Origin: Nemertoderma westbladi
Taxonomy: Eukaryota > Animalia > Xenacoelomorpha
Direction of reading: 5' to 3'
Length of the DNA: 64,000 nucleotides
NCBI GenBank assembly: GCA_032718475.1
Contig: JAUCBJ010000837.1
Coordinates: 1 to 64,000 of the forward strand
Positions 49,238 through 63,786 of this stretch are shown piece after piece (position 1 is the first letter of the stretch; each line of letters opens with the position of its first letter). The notes beneath the pieces are model-generated. The model searched no databases. It saw only the letters and a program-made list of their open reading frames with translations, and was not told where the DNA came from. Position numbers and translations under genes: made by a program.

Positions 49238-52200
49238 AATACAGGAGAACCAACTAACTATCTACTAAAATTTATATATAACTTACCAAATTATTCTGAG
49301 TTGTTCGAAATCTTCTTAACGTACTAAGTAACGGATTCCAGAGAGAATGTTCTACGAAAAAAGTTGCTCCTCTTTTAAGTTCTAAGGTAGAGGAAACATT
49401 TGGGAATGATAACGAACCATCATTGGGTGGTTTTACTTCACAATGTAAAGGAAGCTCCGCCTTTTAATGAGCTGTTCGTTTACCATTGGCTGAATGTCTA
49501 AAAGACCCATAGCCGCACTGCTGAGGTGGGATTAATAATGGAGCAACAATGCAGCTAAAGGGGGAAAGAAGAGGAATAAAACTGTATGCACTGTAGGATA
49601 GATACGCCTACGAGACTTCGATTTTTACACAACAATCTTCATGGCTTGCAACTAATGATCACTGTAAGAAAAAGACAAATGTTATTATATAAAAACATAT
49701 GTTAATACTACACTAGCTTAAGTTTGGATCGATTGAGTGGAGTTATTGTACACAGGGCCGCTTAAGGCCTAGGCTTCCCCGCAAACCATAGCAACATTAA
49801 AATAATGTTTATTAACATCTTTATTCAAATAAAAAAATATTAAAATTCAAATATTAAACTAATGCCAGTTTTAATATTTTTTTGGCAAAGCGCTCGGACC
49901 CTGTGCAATAAAAGTGCACTTTCGGCAGTATTCGGTAACCAATATTAATCAGTGATATTTTAGCATTGGAATTCTAATAGTTAGTGGGTTTCCCACCCTT
50001 ACAATTCTAATGTTATTCTAACATTAAGCTAATATTGGAATTATTTCATAGCATTCTCATAGCATTCCTGATTTAATTTCTCACTATTTTCTCATTATTA
50101 TTCTAACATTAGTACAACAATACTAAAACATTATGATTTTAATGTTATTAAATGCATGGTATCTTGTAATAGGCCTACATAGAGTTTCCATATAAACAAT
50201 GTTATTTCTATAAATGCAATAACTTAATACACCTGAACACAATTGGTGTAGTTTGTTCCATAATATAATATAATTAGAATGGGTGAAAACGCTATTTATT
50301 AATATTATAATCATAATGTGAATAATAATGTTAGCATTATGTGTACACCCGTTGAAAGTAGTGAAATGCAACCCACCAAACCACGACGCAATGCTTATAT
50401 TTTATTATCTTATACTGTAGCAAATATATCTAACAACAGAAATTTCTAATAATGTCTGGTTAATCCCCAATGTAGTGCTAATCTCGTAGGTATAAAAACA
50501 CAGAACGTTTCCGAAACCTAATAGGACAATCTATTACAATTTTATTATTAATTGAAAAGATATTGCAAGAAACAAACAAATAAAATTTGATATAAATATA
50601 CTGTAAATAAAGGTTGACCTATTTTATGCACATGTATAGGGCTTACGGTATAAGTTGTAAAGTCCAGTAGTATACCGCCTACCGGATCCTTGTAACAAAG
50701 TACCTTACTGTAGAATCCAGCAGTGTATACAGGCTTGTACAGTATCTGACAAGAAATCCCAGTCCAGGGTGTCTAAATAAACAGATACTAAGTACACAAA
50801 CTACTACTGGCGAGGAACGGAGCCTGATGTCTATTCTAATACGCGGGCGAATCAAATGCCCGGGCTAACTAGACAAAACAGGATACCCGGCCTCTAACCG
50901 GTGAGGCAGATGTACAGTTTACAGATACAGACCAAACTCACGGGAAAACAATCCCCGCGTAGCGAATCCTAACTATAGCTAATGGACCTAAAATACCGTA
51001 AACTTGCCGCGGTGTGATTTATATGGGTATATACGAACTAGCGGGTCAACGACACTAGCGTAAAACAATACTGCCGACAGGAAAATAGCAGTCAAAAGGG
51101 TGCCTCTATGCCTGAATAAAACAAATACTAAATATCTCCTCAAATAACAAGAATATTTCTTACTGTAATCAGTAGCTTAGATCTCAAGACCCGTGTGTAT
51201 GTTACGAATAAAACAATTTTGGTGTATCGCCGTTATACTAGGTTTTGGTGATTTTATCAAAATAACAATACCGGGCGCTAGCTACTCAAATAAGCTAGTC
51301 GCTTATAAAATTTAATTGAATTTTGAGGTCTATACATTATAATATAATTATACTTACATGTACTTAGATCCACCAGTGCGCCACGCAACTTGAACAAATA
51401 GTTTGTAATCACTTTATCCACCTTCGCCTCAACACCATAGGCCTAGTGTTCAGTGAGAAAGCTAGAAGAAATTTAATTTAAATTTAATTTAAATTTGTAT
51501 CTCATAACTGAGCCCCGTGCTACGCGAAAGCCCCACGTTAGGTTATTATGTTACGAGCTTCAAACTATAGCATTTCTTCCTAGGGTACAGAATAAAGTTA
51601 TTTACTTTACTTTCTTTACATAAAATGAAACACAATAATATTATGTTCAAATTATCCTACTGCGTGAATGTGGGGCGAGCCACGAAAGTAAGCGTTCTCT
51701 AGATCTGTAGGTCCGTGTTTTTAAATGTTAATAACTCGGCTAATTCTCGATGAAATCTAATCAAACATAGTACATATGTTGTTTGGCAAAAGTTTATAAA
51801 TTTTCCAAATAGAATTTGCGTGGGGCCTCCGGGTTGAGCTAATGAAGGAGACTAGTATTATGTTGACTATTATACTTCTTGCAAGCTTTAGTACAGAATA
51901 TTGGACGATATGTCAATTTAATAGCACCGGTGGTGGAATGTCTTATGCTAGTTATTTGGTGATCAGATGTACAGGACGAGTGCAACGACGGTTGTAATGA
52001 AGACGAGTGTTTTAACAATAACTCGTAAACAACCTGGTTTAGCATATTAGACGGTTTGTCATTTTATCCAATATTGCCAAAGGAATGTTGTAAGGTATAT
52101 ATTTGGTGACCAGGTTGTATAGGACGAACGCAACACGTTTTGTAGTGGATACAAGTATCCATCTGCTATAAATCGTGTTAAGGCAGGTTAAATACTCAAG

Positions 52201-54083
52201 TCAAGTTAAATAGTTAAAAAGCGTGTAAGGCTAAACTGAAATGGACCTCTGTTTTTTACAACCAGTTAATGCATCACTGATTGATATCTTGGAAATGACG
52301 GTTTTCATTTATCTAATAGAGATTATTACTCTTTCTTATAGACTTTCGTGCTGCGCGAAGGCCCCACAATGTGTCAATAAATGTCAGAAATAAATAAATA
52401 AATGTCATATACCAACTTGCATTAGCGTCAATGTATTGTATATACCGGCGTAGCCTATATATGTACTGTAACAATTCCATATCGATATGTAACAAATATG
52501 ATAAATTGTCTACCATTTAATACATTTTAGAATGATTAATTTTTCCGATTGCATGTCTTGCGGTTTTTCCATATTTCTCGGCGAATGTGTTTCCATCCAT
52601 CGTGCACAGATGTCAAAACTCGCAGCCGATAGTTATTGTGAGAAGTTGGAGAATTCGTCAATCTACAAAGATTAGAAAAAACTATTCGCCTACTAACATT
52701 TTAATGCTAAAATATATAAACAAGTATTACATTAATAAAAATTATGAATTACTGATCTAGAATAAATAATATGAAATCAAAAGAATACGTTTCTAGAACG
52801 TATCAAACAAAGCAAACCGTCGGCTGAAGCCGGAAGCGACCCAAAGGCTCCCCTTTCGATAGCTACTACCCGAAGGTATTGTAGTAATCTTTAACAATTC
52901 CTGATTCTGTTTTACACAATTTGTTAAATAATTTAATGTCAAATTCGACTTCCCATATAGGATAAAAGGATAAAGATGCCATTCTCATTATCACCTTATA
53001 CTTTGCCAGTGCATTAATATCCTTTAGGGCCTTTTCCCATTTGGCTAAATCCTCAGGAGTATCCTACTGGCTGGTCGGGGAAAGGACCTCTGACTGAAGA
53101 GTCGCTCCTTGAATTCACCTCTATCTGGTTGTGACCCACCTAGGTTAATTTTGAATTCATTTGTTAGGGGTGGGGGGGGGGGGGGGTGTTCTGCCATTCT
53201 ACTGTATGTATTATGTGACAACCGCACATTGGAACTGATACATCTGTAGGCCTGCTGTAGGTATGCTGTATGGAACCGTACTGAAAAACATCCATGTACT
53301 GTACTGGAAGTTACGGTCCAGGAAAACCAAAACATGAACACATTTGGTTCATGTGGATGCAAATGAAATAATTAAAATTAGATAGTTGTACATGTGCACC
53401 CTACAGTTATGTAGGCCTAGTTGACACGCACTGAGTAGGTGTGTTAAACAATCTGCACTGGCAAGGACTGGACAATAACGATAATGAAAACAATGGGGAT
53501 ACACGTGCAAAGTTCTGTACCACAGCAGGGCCTAATAAAGATAAAATTAGAGTAATATTATTATTCAAAGCAGTTGAAGGATGACCCGCCAACATTCGAA
53601 AAACAACGTTAGAATAACCTTTTCGTATCATTGTTATAACAATGCTATGATTCATTCCCAATGCAAATTCATTTCCAATGAAAATATTCTGATTTGAATA
53701 TTTCGATAACATTGGAAATACATTATAATATCAATAGTATGGAATATAGTATTAGAATATCATTTAAAATAAGTTGCGATTAAATGTGTTAAATAAAAAA
53801 CATTGCTGTTCCAATGTATTCTGAATGTCATTTCACTATCTGAACTTTAATATTTAAATATTATTTTAGATTATTTCAATATTAAAATATAAAATTTTGG
53901 GTTTTTCTCAAATAATTTGTCTCATTGTACTATTGCACAACCTTTTAGCGGCATTAAATTTCAAAAACAAAATTAATCCTCGGATACTTCTGGTTTGCAG
54001 GGAACCACAGTTTGTTATACAGTAGAAAAAGCTACAACGAATTTAAAAAAAATCGTCACTTACGGGACATTTTTCAAATTTTG

Positions 54084-54770
54084 TTAACCCTTTACTGCAT
54101 GAATTATTAATGCTCCATAGAAAAAAATTATTTTGGTGTTTTTCGCAGTCATTTGGGTGTAAAAAAACTAAAAATTGTGAAAATGTTTTTAAAAAATATA
54201 CTAGCACTTTTTGCACAACTGTTGCACTAGTGCAACATCATGCATAAAGGGGATAGAAATATACATAATATTTGGCGAATTGTAAACATGATTGTTTTCT
54301 TGATTCTTGTGTTGTATGGTTTTAAGAGGGTTATGAATTCCATGGAATATATAAAAATGACATGAGACATCTCAAACTTCTATATTTCAGCGGTGGGTCG
54401 AAAATTTGGTGCCAGCCCCAATTTTTGAAAATCATTGCAATAGATGAATTGATTGTAACATATTGTTTCATATTGCTTAACATATTGCGTTATACTGGTT
54501 TATGGCGATTCTGAAGTAATGAAATTAAAAAAAATGACACTAGGCATCTCAAACTTGTATTTTTCGGTGGTGGGCGGAAAATTTGGTGCCAGCACCAATT
54601 TTTGAAAATTCTTGCAATATATAAATTGATTGTGACATCTTGGGGTCAGTGACATCTCAAAATCGCCTTTTTTGGCAATGGGTGTAAAATTTGGAGCCCG
54701 GCACCATAGCAATTGTTGTGTGACATATTGTTTCCCGCTTTATACGATTTATAAGGGTTCTAAATTAGAA
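54084..54770. mobile_element. Fragment related to the piggyBac-like element at 10735
   Basis: TTAA-CCCTTT start, and the same catctcaaacttgtatttttcggtg...aaatttggtgccagcacca internal repeats. Confidence 0.6.
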
Positions 54771-55638
54771 AAATAAATGTTATTTTTTAGGAATTTAGAA
54801 TGCATTCTTTTATTCTAGAAATTATATTGCATATAACAATATCTGCATATGCCTGCCTATTATTGCATAAATATTGCATTGCACGAGTTTTCTATTTTAA
54901 GTGGAAATCTAAGAAACAGTTTTTACTTTTCAGGTACCACTGGGCAATTCCATCGTTACGGACTCACATTCGAACGAAATTATCGAAATTAATTGACATA
55001 TTTAATTAACAACTTTACAATATAAATAACATTCAGCTATGGTGGCTGATGGATTAATGGTACATCTTTACTTTGACTTATAAAAAAGAGTTGTATCTCA
55101 TTTGATTCATAGGATATTGTAAATATAGTGCCCGTTACGGACTCACATGCAAATGGACAAAGAAAAATTACCCAATTTTATTTTGACAAATTCTCTTGAA
55201 ATGTTTAACGCCATACGTTATAACTTTCACAATGCGAGGTGGATACATCAAATTTTGTAAATTTGTAAGTAAATAGCAGAAAAATATGGTGGTAAACCTC
55301 ATTTATAGAGAAATTGTTCGTTACGGACTCACAGAAAAAAAATGTTACGGACTCACACTTGAAATCGTTATGCACTCGTTATTTTGTTTTGACAAAAAGA
55401 GCAACGACCAATGAATGTTTATGGTATTTATTCAATAAATATCTTTATTACTTATATACCTTTCGCTTTCACAATGTACCTTAAGAATCACTATTGGATA
55501 TATCTTTAGTAGTGTTCATGAAGTTAACTGTACATCATATCTATGAGATTGAGTGAGTAGGCATATTTGGTGTGTGTATTATAGTAACTGGTGTATATTT
55601 AATATCGATCCTAAAAGTTCATATGTCCTGATATTAGA

Positions 55639-58053
55639 ATGTTGCCGCGAAATTCTTTTTCCTATTTAAGCCATGTGCATGGCTCAGTAAGTTGGCTTGA
55701 TCATATTGTTTGCACTTCACACTTTTTCGATAATATTTTGGATTGTGCAATAATTTATGACATGGCGGTGGATGACCACATGCCTCTGTGTTTTACATTT
55801 AATTTTTGTGGTGTTGAGGAGGCGCCCGGCTCGGTGCCGGGGGCGACGGTGAAACTGAAAGTTTCTAACTCGTTGCCGAACTGGGAAAAGGCTACGTCTT
55901 GTCATATTGATAATTACCGCGCTAGGTTGGAAAATATTCTGGCTAAAATTGATATTCCACATAATTCAATTGTTTGTAGTGATGTTCATTGTAAGGATCC
56001 TGTGCATCTATCTAGTTTAGATTCTTGTTATGGTGCTATTTGCGACAGTATACGGGTAGCAACTGATAACTGCATTCCCAGTAGGAAAAGCCCCGCAAGT
56101 CGCGACGCTGTTCCTGGGTGGAATGAATTGGTAAAAGGTAAACACGAGGCTGCACGAGAAGCTTTTCGCATTTGGCGGGATCAAGGGAGACCAAAGTTTG
56201 GAATCCTCTGGGACGTCAAACGGAAAACTTCGGCGCAGTTTAAATTAGCTTTACGTCTATGTAAAAATAAAGTAAACAATATTCGTGCTGACCGTCTTGC
56301 TAATTCTTTCGTTAATTCGGGGAAGGATTTTTGGAATAATGTTAAGAAACAGACCAAAAGTCAAATACCCCGTGTTTCTACTGTAGGTGAGGCATCTAAC
56401 TCTGATGATATTGCTGATTTGTTTAAATGTAAATATGAAAATATTTTTAATTCTGTGCCGTCGAATAAAGATGACATAGATTTTGTTAATGACGTTTTTG
56501 ATAAATGGGATGGCTCAGATAGAGTACATATTTCCGTTAGTGATGTAACTTCCGCTATTAAAGGTTTAAAAATAGGGAAGGCTGCAGGGCCTGATAATAT
56601 TTTTCCAGAGAGTTATATATTTGGGAGTAATAAATTAACAGTACTATTATCCCTGTTGATTAATAGCTTTATTGCTCATGGTTATCTACCTGATTCATTT
56701 ATGAGTTCATGTATATCTCCGGTGGTAAAAGATAAGAATAGTAGTCTGAACGATGATTCTAACTATAGACCCGTAGCGTCAGCTAATAGTGGTTCTAAGG
56801 TTACTGAATCCTGTTTCTTTGACTCTATATCTCGCTGTGCGTCTATAGAAGATAATCAGTTTGGTTTTAGTACGGGTTTGGGTACGGATTTATGCATTTT
56901 CACTTTGAAACAAACTGTGCAATTGTATATCTCTATAGACTCACCCGTGTACTCTGCCTTTCTGGATGCTTCAAAAGCATTTGATCGTGTTTCGCATTTT
57001 AAGTTATTTCGTAAACTAATTGATATGAAAGTTCCAATTGGAATAGTTAGGTTGTTAAGTTATTGGTATAGTAGACAATCTATTACGGTGTCTTGGGGTT
57101 CTTCAGTGTCTGACAGTTTTTATGTTTCAAATGGTGTGAGGCAGGGGAGCCTAATCTCCCCGTTATTTTTTAATATTTATGTTAATGAATTGAGTGTGCG
57201 TCTTAATAATATTAATTAATGTTGGTTGTCGGTTAGGTACGTTATTGTTAACTCATTTGTTTTATGCCGATGATTTGTGTTTATTGTCTCCTAGTATCTT
57301 TGGGCTAAGAGCATTGGTTAAGATATGTGAACAGTACGGTTTGGAATTTGATATCCTATTTAATCCTTCTAAATCAAACTGCATGTATTTCTTACCATAT
57401 AAATTTGGACGTGCAGGAGATGTATTTCTTAATGGTAAGCCATTAGAGTGTGTTCGGCAGGTGCAGTACTTGGGGCACACAATATCTTGTGACTTGTCAG
57501 ACGAACCAGACATGATGCGTCTGAGAAGTGGCATATATTGTCGTGGTAACCAGTTAGCTCGGCATTTTTCAGTATGTTCGAAATCTGTAAAAGTGGTGCT
57601 TTTTAAGGCTTTTTGTTATAATATATATTGTTGTGCACTTTGGTCTATTTTTCGAGTAGAATGTCAGCGCAAGCTGAAGGTTGCATATAATACTGCGTTT
57701 AGGTTACTATTTAAATATGGCCGAACTGAGGATGCCGACACATTTTTTGTCGCTAACAGAGTAAATACATTTAAATCGGTGTTACGTAGTAACATGTATT
57801 CTATGTATAATCGTGTAACCAAGTCAAATAATCAAATTGTAGCAGCTTGTTATCTACTGTAGTTACGAAAGATGATTCTGTCATTATTGATAGATGGAAA
57901 CGAGTTTTGGGTACATAACCCAGTAATAATCAATTGTGCAAATTATTGTGTTGTGTTGATTTTTGTATGTATATCGTGCATATTGTAGGTAGGCCTATGT
58001 ACAATGGGTTTCGGCCCGATGGAATAAAGAAAATAAATAAAAATAAAATAAAA
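55639..58053 (+). mobile_element. 5'-truncated APE-type LINE (Proto2-like; clade uncertain) with frameshifted ORF2 and A-rich tail
   Basis: WLDHIV and DDHMPL (end of APE), PGWNELVK, KAAGPD, NYRPVA, FLDASKAFDRV, GVRQGSLISP, YADDLCLL, YLGH. Frameshift near 57210. Tail aataaagaaataaataaaaataaaataaaa. Confidence 0.93.
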
Positions 58054-58208
58054 TATGACCATAATTTGTTAAAATGACCAATTTCTAGTTCTTTAAAAAC
58101 ATAAATACCACGTTCACGGAAAATTTTTTATACTGGAAAATAAATTTTGAACAGTATTTCGTTGTATTTATGTTTTACGATCATTACTATATCACTGTAC
58201 TTAAGTTA

Positions 58209-58490
58209 TTCCACCTTGGCGTAGTTGGTTAAATCGGTGGCATTGAAATCATATCTCTACTTGGGTCGCGGGTTCGATCCCATCATGGGGGCTAGGGTAG
58301 TTTTCGTTTCGGCACGAATACTTTAAAGATAATAAACAGACTTATTAGCCAGGGCGCATCTCTTCCTTCCGTAAATGGTAGCTAAATGAGTACTAGAGTT
58401 TCCTCTGGGGAATATAGTTCTGGGGGGAACGCACTGGAAATAACAAGTCAAGCTTTGTGCGTAATCCCTGGCCTAACGGGCGATTTTTTT
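58209..58490 (+). mobile_element. tRNA-derived SINE, second copy of the 2728 family
   Basis: ccaccttggcgtagttgg, ggttcgatcc, gttttcgtttcggcacgaat, gtagctaaatgagtac and gcgtaatccctggcct are shared with the copy at 2728. Confidence 0.85.
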
Positions 58491-59534
58491 TGTATCACAA
58501 TCCATCATTCGCTCACTCGTTTCATGAAATCTTGGCGAACTTCGAGGGTTCATACTGTACTTACCATCATGGTCAGTAATTTCTGTCATCCGTGATATAT
58601 GCCGTTTGGCCCTTTTCAGCACCAGAAATGTGAGTATTACCCGTAACAGACAGGATTAAACGGGCGCAATGAAGAATGTCGTACAGTGTTTTTTTGCTAG
58701 CTAGTATTTTTTGAAATTATAAAAAATGTGAAAGTCCATGATATTTCAGGTTAAACTGTTGAAGAATATATTAATGACCAAAATAATTTCCAAAAATTAC
58801 TAGCTAGTAAAAAATACTAGCTATATACCATAAAAAATCTACTAAGGTTCTAGAACATTCACTAATATAAAAAAGCACTCAAAATCACAAAAAAATAAAG
58901 GTTAAAAAACTCATTCGGGACTCTTTTGCTTAAGGAGTCAAAATTTTAGAAAAAATTCCCGAAGTTTGCGATATTTGCGAAATTCGCGAAGAATCCGTCA
59001 GTTTCTGTGCCCTAATGATTTCGTGACGAAACAATAAAATCTTACACACTTAACACACACGAACTAATTTAATGTGTGTATTAGTATGCCTGAATAATTA
59101 AATAGAAATTGAATTAATGAACGCTATTTCAACATGAAATCTACGGAATCAATACACAACACACGCACACTACTGAATTAAAAAATTTATATAGATTGCA
59201 ACTTATATTTGGCTACCTTTTAATGGGTGACTAATTTAATTATTCACCCCTATATATTTGTAGCCTTTTTAATTTGTGCCTCTAATTGAATCAAACATTA
59301 AACTAAAATATATGTCACAATATTGGTCTGTCGGTAGCTGGTCAATGAATCTCTCATAAATTTGTTAATTAGTCGCTGCTCAGTCATTGAACATTTGAAC
59401 ACGTGCTGCTCGAAGACCCCACAACGTGTAGTATAACGTAAAAAACTTTTTAAAATTCGACGTATTCTGACTTAATTACAGTAATGTAATATGCCTATTC
59501 ATATTAGTACACGTTAATGCATTGGTGACTTTAT

Positions 59535-59610
59535 TGGCGCAGTGGTCAGATGGTTAAGGCGTTGGTTACATTATAGGTAGGTTACAAGTTCGAATCCCAG
59601 TCGGGAACTT
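59535..59610 (+). mobile_element. tRNA-like Pol III head (SINE or tRNA pseudogene)
   Basis: A box tggtcagatgg and B box gttcgaatcc with tRNA-like spacing, but no convincing cloverleaf. Confidence 0.5.
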
Positions 59611-59782
59611 TGGACTATTTATTTTCGATCTGATTAATTACGTTAGCCAATGAGGTGCGTACAACATGTGGAATGATGAGTTGGACATCATAGGGCATCG
59701 AACATCTTATTGCTCCAATATGAGGCCATGGAATGCTCTGGAATGTTCTAGTGAATTCTATGTCCCAGATTTGCTATATAAG

Positions 59783-59975
59783 GGTCGGTTTGCCTTTTGG
59801 TTATCACTAACACACTCTGGCCGGTTTGCCTTTCGGTTATCACTAACACACTCTGGCCGGTTTGCCTTTCGGTTATCACTAACACACTCTGGCCGGTTTG
59901 CCTTTCGGTTATCACTAACACACTCTTTATCAGGAGGTTATCACTAACACACTCTTTATCACTAACACACTCTGT
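59783..59975. repeat. 36-bp tandem repeat, about 4 copies plus partials
   Basis: Unit ggtttgcctttcggttatcactaacacactctggcc. Confidence 0.9.
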
Positions 59976-60419
59976 TATTAATGTTAACTTCTAGTTATCA
60001 TACACCCTAATACATTAACTAATGTTTAGTTTTGATAAGTCTCTTTGTAAATTACGTAAATATACTGTAAACTTTTGAACATGTATATTTTACTTTGTCC
60101 ACCTTTGGGACAGCCAAACATTTGGGATATGGCTGCCTAAACCGTTAGGCCGTCAGCAACGCAGGGAGAAGATTTCCCCAACACGCTAAGCGCCCACATT
60201 ACACCTGTATTCCCTACAGGTGTGAACTATTGCTGTTCGTCAGTACGCGCAAGTACACTTTAGGTGCAGACAGCACATGTTCCCTAATTTAGTGATTTGT
60301 AGTACTGACAGTTCGGTACCGGTTCACTTTGTAGCTTATACATTAGTACCCACCCCCTGTCTGAGCCCGCGATATTTGATCAGGCAAGGAGTATTTCTGC
60401 TACCGGCACATGCTTGGCC

Positions 60420-61887
60420 ACAAGTCCCTAAAAGGTGCCACCCTGCTCCATAGCGCGGAAAATTCAAATGATTGAAATACATGGAATTTGTACTGGAAAG
60501 GGTGGCAGATCACATCTGCCACCTATATTTTGGCGGTAAATTCAAATCTGTTTTAACATTGAATACATGAATAGAGTAAGTAATGTAATTCATTGAATCA
60601 GAATAAATAATTTTTTATCGGTTTAATTCACTCATCCGTTATTGTTGTTGTTTTATCTACTGTATTCTGGGACTTCGAGCAGCCAGCATATGAACAATAC
60701 ACTGGCTTGTTACCTAGTCTGGGACTTCGAGCACCAAGTGAACAACTAAACTGGGTGGTTACCTAGTCTGGGACTTCGAGCACCACGTGAACAACTAAAC
60801 CAGCTAGTTAACTAGTCTGGGGTTCAAGCAGCACATGAACAACTAAGCTGACTGGTTAACAAGTCCGGGACTTCGAGCAGCACGTGAACAATTAAGCTGC
60901 GACTGGTTAACTATTCTGGTACTTGTCTGGGACAGTGACAGATATAGCAGTATAGGCATTATACACGTATTGTTATTACAGTAGGTCTCTGCGATATATT
61001 TTACTATCAGTTCCCTGTTGTACAGCTGTATATATTTCTTATGAATTACACTACGCAATATTTCGTAGTAGGCCTAAATAAGATAATATGTATGTAGGCC
61101 TACTTCACATGCAGTAGCTACTACACTACAGTAAGAAGTTTACAGTATGAAGTCTACTGATCTAGCTCCTTGACCTTTTAGTACGTACCCACGTACATAC
61201 TGTAGCACACTGTGTACAGTTTGTAATGGATATATGATATTCTGTAATTAGAAAATACCGCCAAAAATATATCAATTCACTGCGCCTTTCTATCCTATCA
61301 TCATTTATCTACTTGAAATCTACTATTAATTTACTGTATACTGGTATAAGTGTATAATTATTATAATTATAATGTTCTGATGTAATTATAAGTGATACAA
61401 GCAAATAATAAATGTCCTTTACATTTTACTGATAGAAGTTAAGCCAAATCCACCGAACCCCCACCTCAATTTGCAATTTTGCTCGAAGTCCCAGACTAGT
61501 TAACCAGTCAGCTTAGTTGTTCACGCGCTGCTCGAAGTCCCAGACTATAGGTAACCAGCCAGTTTAGTTGTTCATGTGCTGCTCTAAGCCCCAGACTAGT
61601 TAACGTGCTGGTTTAGTTGTTCACGTGCTGCTCGAAGTCCCAGAATAGATAAAACAACAACAATAACGGATGAGTGAGTTAAACCGATAAGAAATAATTT
61701 ATTCTGATTCAATGAATTACATTAGTCTTACTCTATTCATGTATTCAATGTTAAAACCGATTTGAATTTACCGCCAAAATATAGGTGGCAGATCTGATCT
61801 GCCACCCTTTCCAGTACAAATTACATGTCTTTCAATCATTTGAATTTCCCGCGCTATGGAGCATGGTGGCACCTTTTAGGGACTTGT
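60420..61887. mobile_element. Non-autonomous foldback/MULE-type DNA transposon
   Basis: Long TIRs ACAAGTCCCTAAAAGG...CCTTTTAGGGACTTGT containing ~50-bp subrepeats (ctgggacttcgagc), with a 9-bp TSD TGCTTGGCC (60411-60419 and 61888-61896). Confidence 0.92.
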
Positions 61888-63786
61888 TGCTTGGCCTAGG
61901 GATGTTTTATTAATATCCTACCGCGCCTTGCCACGTACTGATAGGTATTGCTGCTAACCACCGCCTATATATAGCATAGGGGCTGTTGCGCTGTCAGTCA
62001 GAGAGGTAACGGCCCATGGGGTAAGGATTTACCCATGGGGCGCTAACTATCAGATAGTCTGATACCAACTGTCAGACAGTCTTTTCAACTATCAGATAGA
62101 TGATCGCCCAGTTACAAGTTGCCGATAATAGTTGTATTTTTTAAACCCCGAGTGTTGTTGACGGAGTCTGTTACTTCCGAAATCGTTGGTCGTGGTGCCG
62201 GTGCCGGAATTCTGGCTTTGATTAAAAGCACTGAACTGCTGAACGATGGCGGAATCTACGAAACCCGGCCGGATTCCTAATCCATAATCCGAGGAGGCGA
62301 CAGAGTCAATTAAACGTAAACAATGAAACGATCGCGATCGACAATGGAGTCTATTCAATGTATCCAGAACGATACGATGGCGACGGAGTCTAGGCTATTA
62401 CAGTATTAAACACGCAACCAAAGCGATCAGACGATGGCGAAGTAATCTACAAAACAGAGAATGACAGGAAGGCGATGGAGTTTATTAAACGCAGTAAGAT
62501 GATGCATAGCGAAGCGATCGAGACTGATAACGGAGTTTATTACAGTATTAAACCTGGAACGAAGACGGTGGAATCTATAGGCCTAAACCTGGAACAATGC
62601 GAACAAGGCTACTCTAAAGTTAGACTAGACTGGTTTGTGAGATTAACTTGCCAATACTAACTCAATACAAGTTGCTTTCTTCGAATTCCTAATAATATAT
62701 TTTAATCTTAATAATAATTATTCAACATCAATTATTTTATAAGTCTTGTCAATGTATAAGATTGCTAAAGACTAAAGAGCTAACTTTAGGAAAATCTGCC
62801 TTATATTTTTAGAATTATTATAATTAATTTTGTTATGTTTATAATGAATTGTATCTTTTGACAGACTACTTGATGTGCGACCGTGATAATAAAATTAAAT
62901 GGTGCCGAAATATTTTCACTTAACTGCAGGTAGGTGGTAGGGGGGGGGGGGGCAATCAATATTCTTCCCTCTCCAGGTGAAAATCGACGCAAATAACAGC
63001 TTGTTTACTACTGAAATAAAACTGCATCCTGTTCTATAGGAAAAAACATTATAGGGGAAACTTTAGCAAGTTGTGTTTATTTTAACCGATAGACAAGATT
63101 ACATGTTTACCAAGTTTGGTATAATTTAGTCAAAGATTGAATTAGTTACCAGTGGAGGGTGAAGGCGGTGGGCCAGGATTCAGTTATACTGAATAAAGAA
63201 TAGTGATTAAACCAAGGGATACGCGATATGACACTGCTGTATAAGTTCATGGAATGACTCTTGATTTCGAAACATTTAATTCAAAACTATATAAATGTTA
63301 ATATAATGTTGGATTTTTTTTTTGTAATAATTAACAGATGAATTATATTTCATTAATTAATTTTTTTATCTAATCACATTATTAAATAACGAAGCACAGA
63401 AATAATACTAAGATTGAATATTGAATTGAAGGTACAGTACCGAATTGAATATTTGAATGGGAGAATCTTTTAGGCTCGTTAATCCAAGGAATACCTGTTC
63501 ACCACCATGGGTGATCGTCCACAGTAAACCCTTCCACTCTGTTTCCCAAGTTGCCTTGGTTCCCAATAGACCACTGAAGGATGAAAGCCGGGGTTGGGCT
63601 AGTGCCGGGGTTGCAGCACTGTGCCCAAACAGTACTGCCCCATCTAGGGATCGAACATTGAATATTTGAGATTGCATAAGATATAGTATTGAATATTGAA
63701 TATATTCGGCCGTCATCCCGTTGGTGACTCCATTCCATTCTGCCATTGGCAACTATTTCGATTTGTTTCGGCTCTTCAGTCCCCGA

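Noticed and set aside
52990-53075. Small minus-strand exon DTPEDLAKWEKALKD (PH-domain-like helix), and a similar AG/GT-bounded segment at ~63495-63644
   Set aside because: Too short, with no corroborating neighbouring exons.
59535-59610. Functional tRNA gene
   Set aside because: The acceptor and anticodon stems do not pair convincingly; more likely a SINE head.
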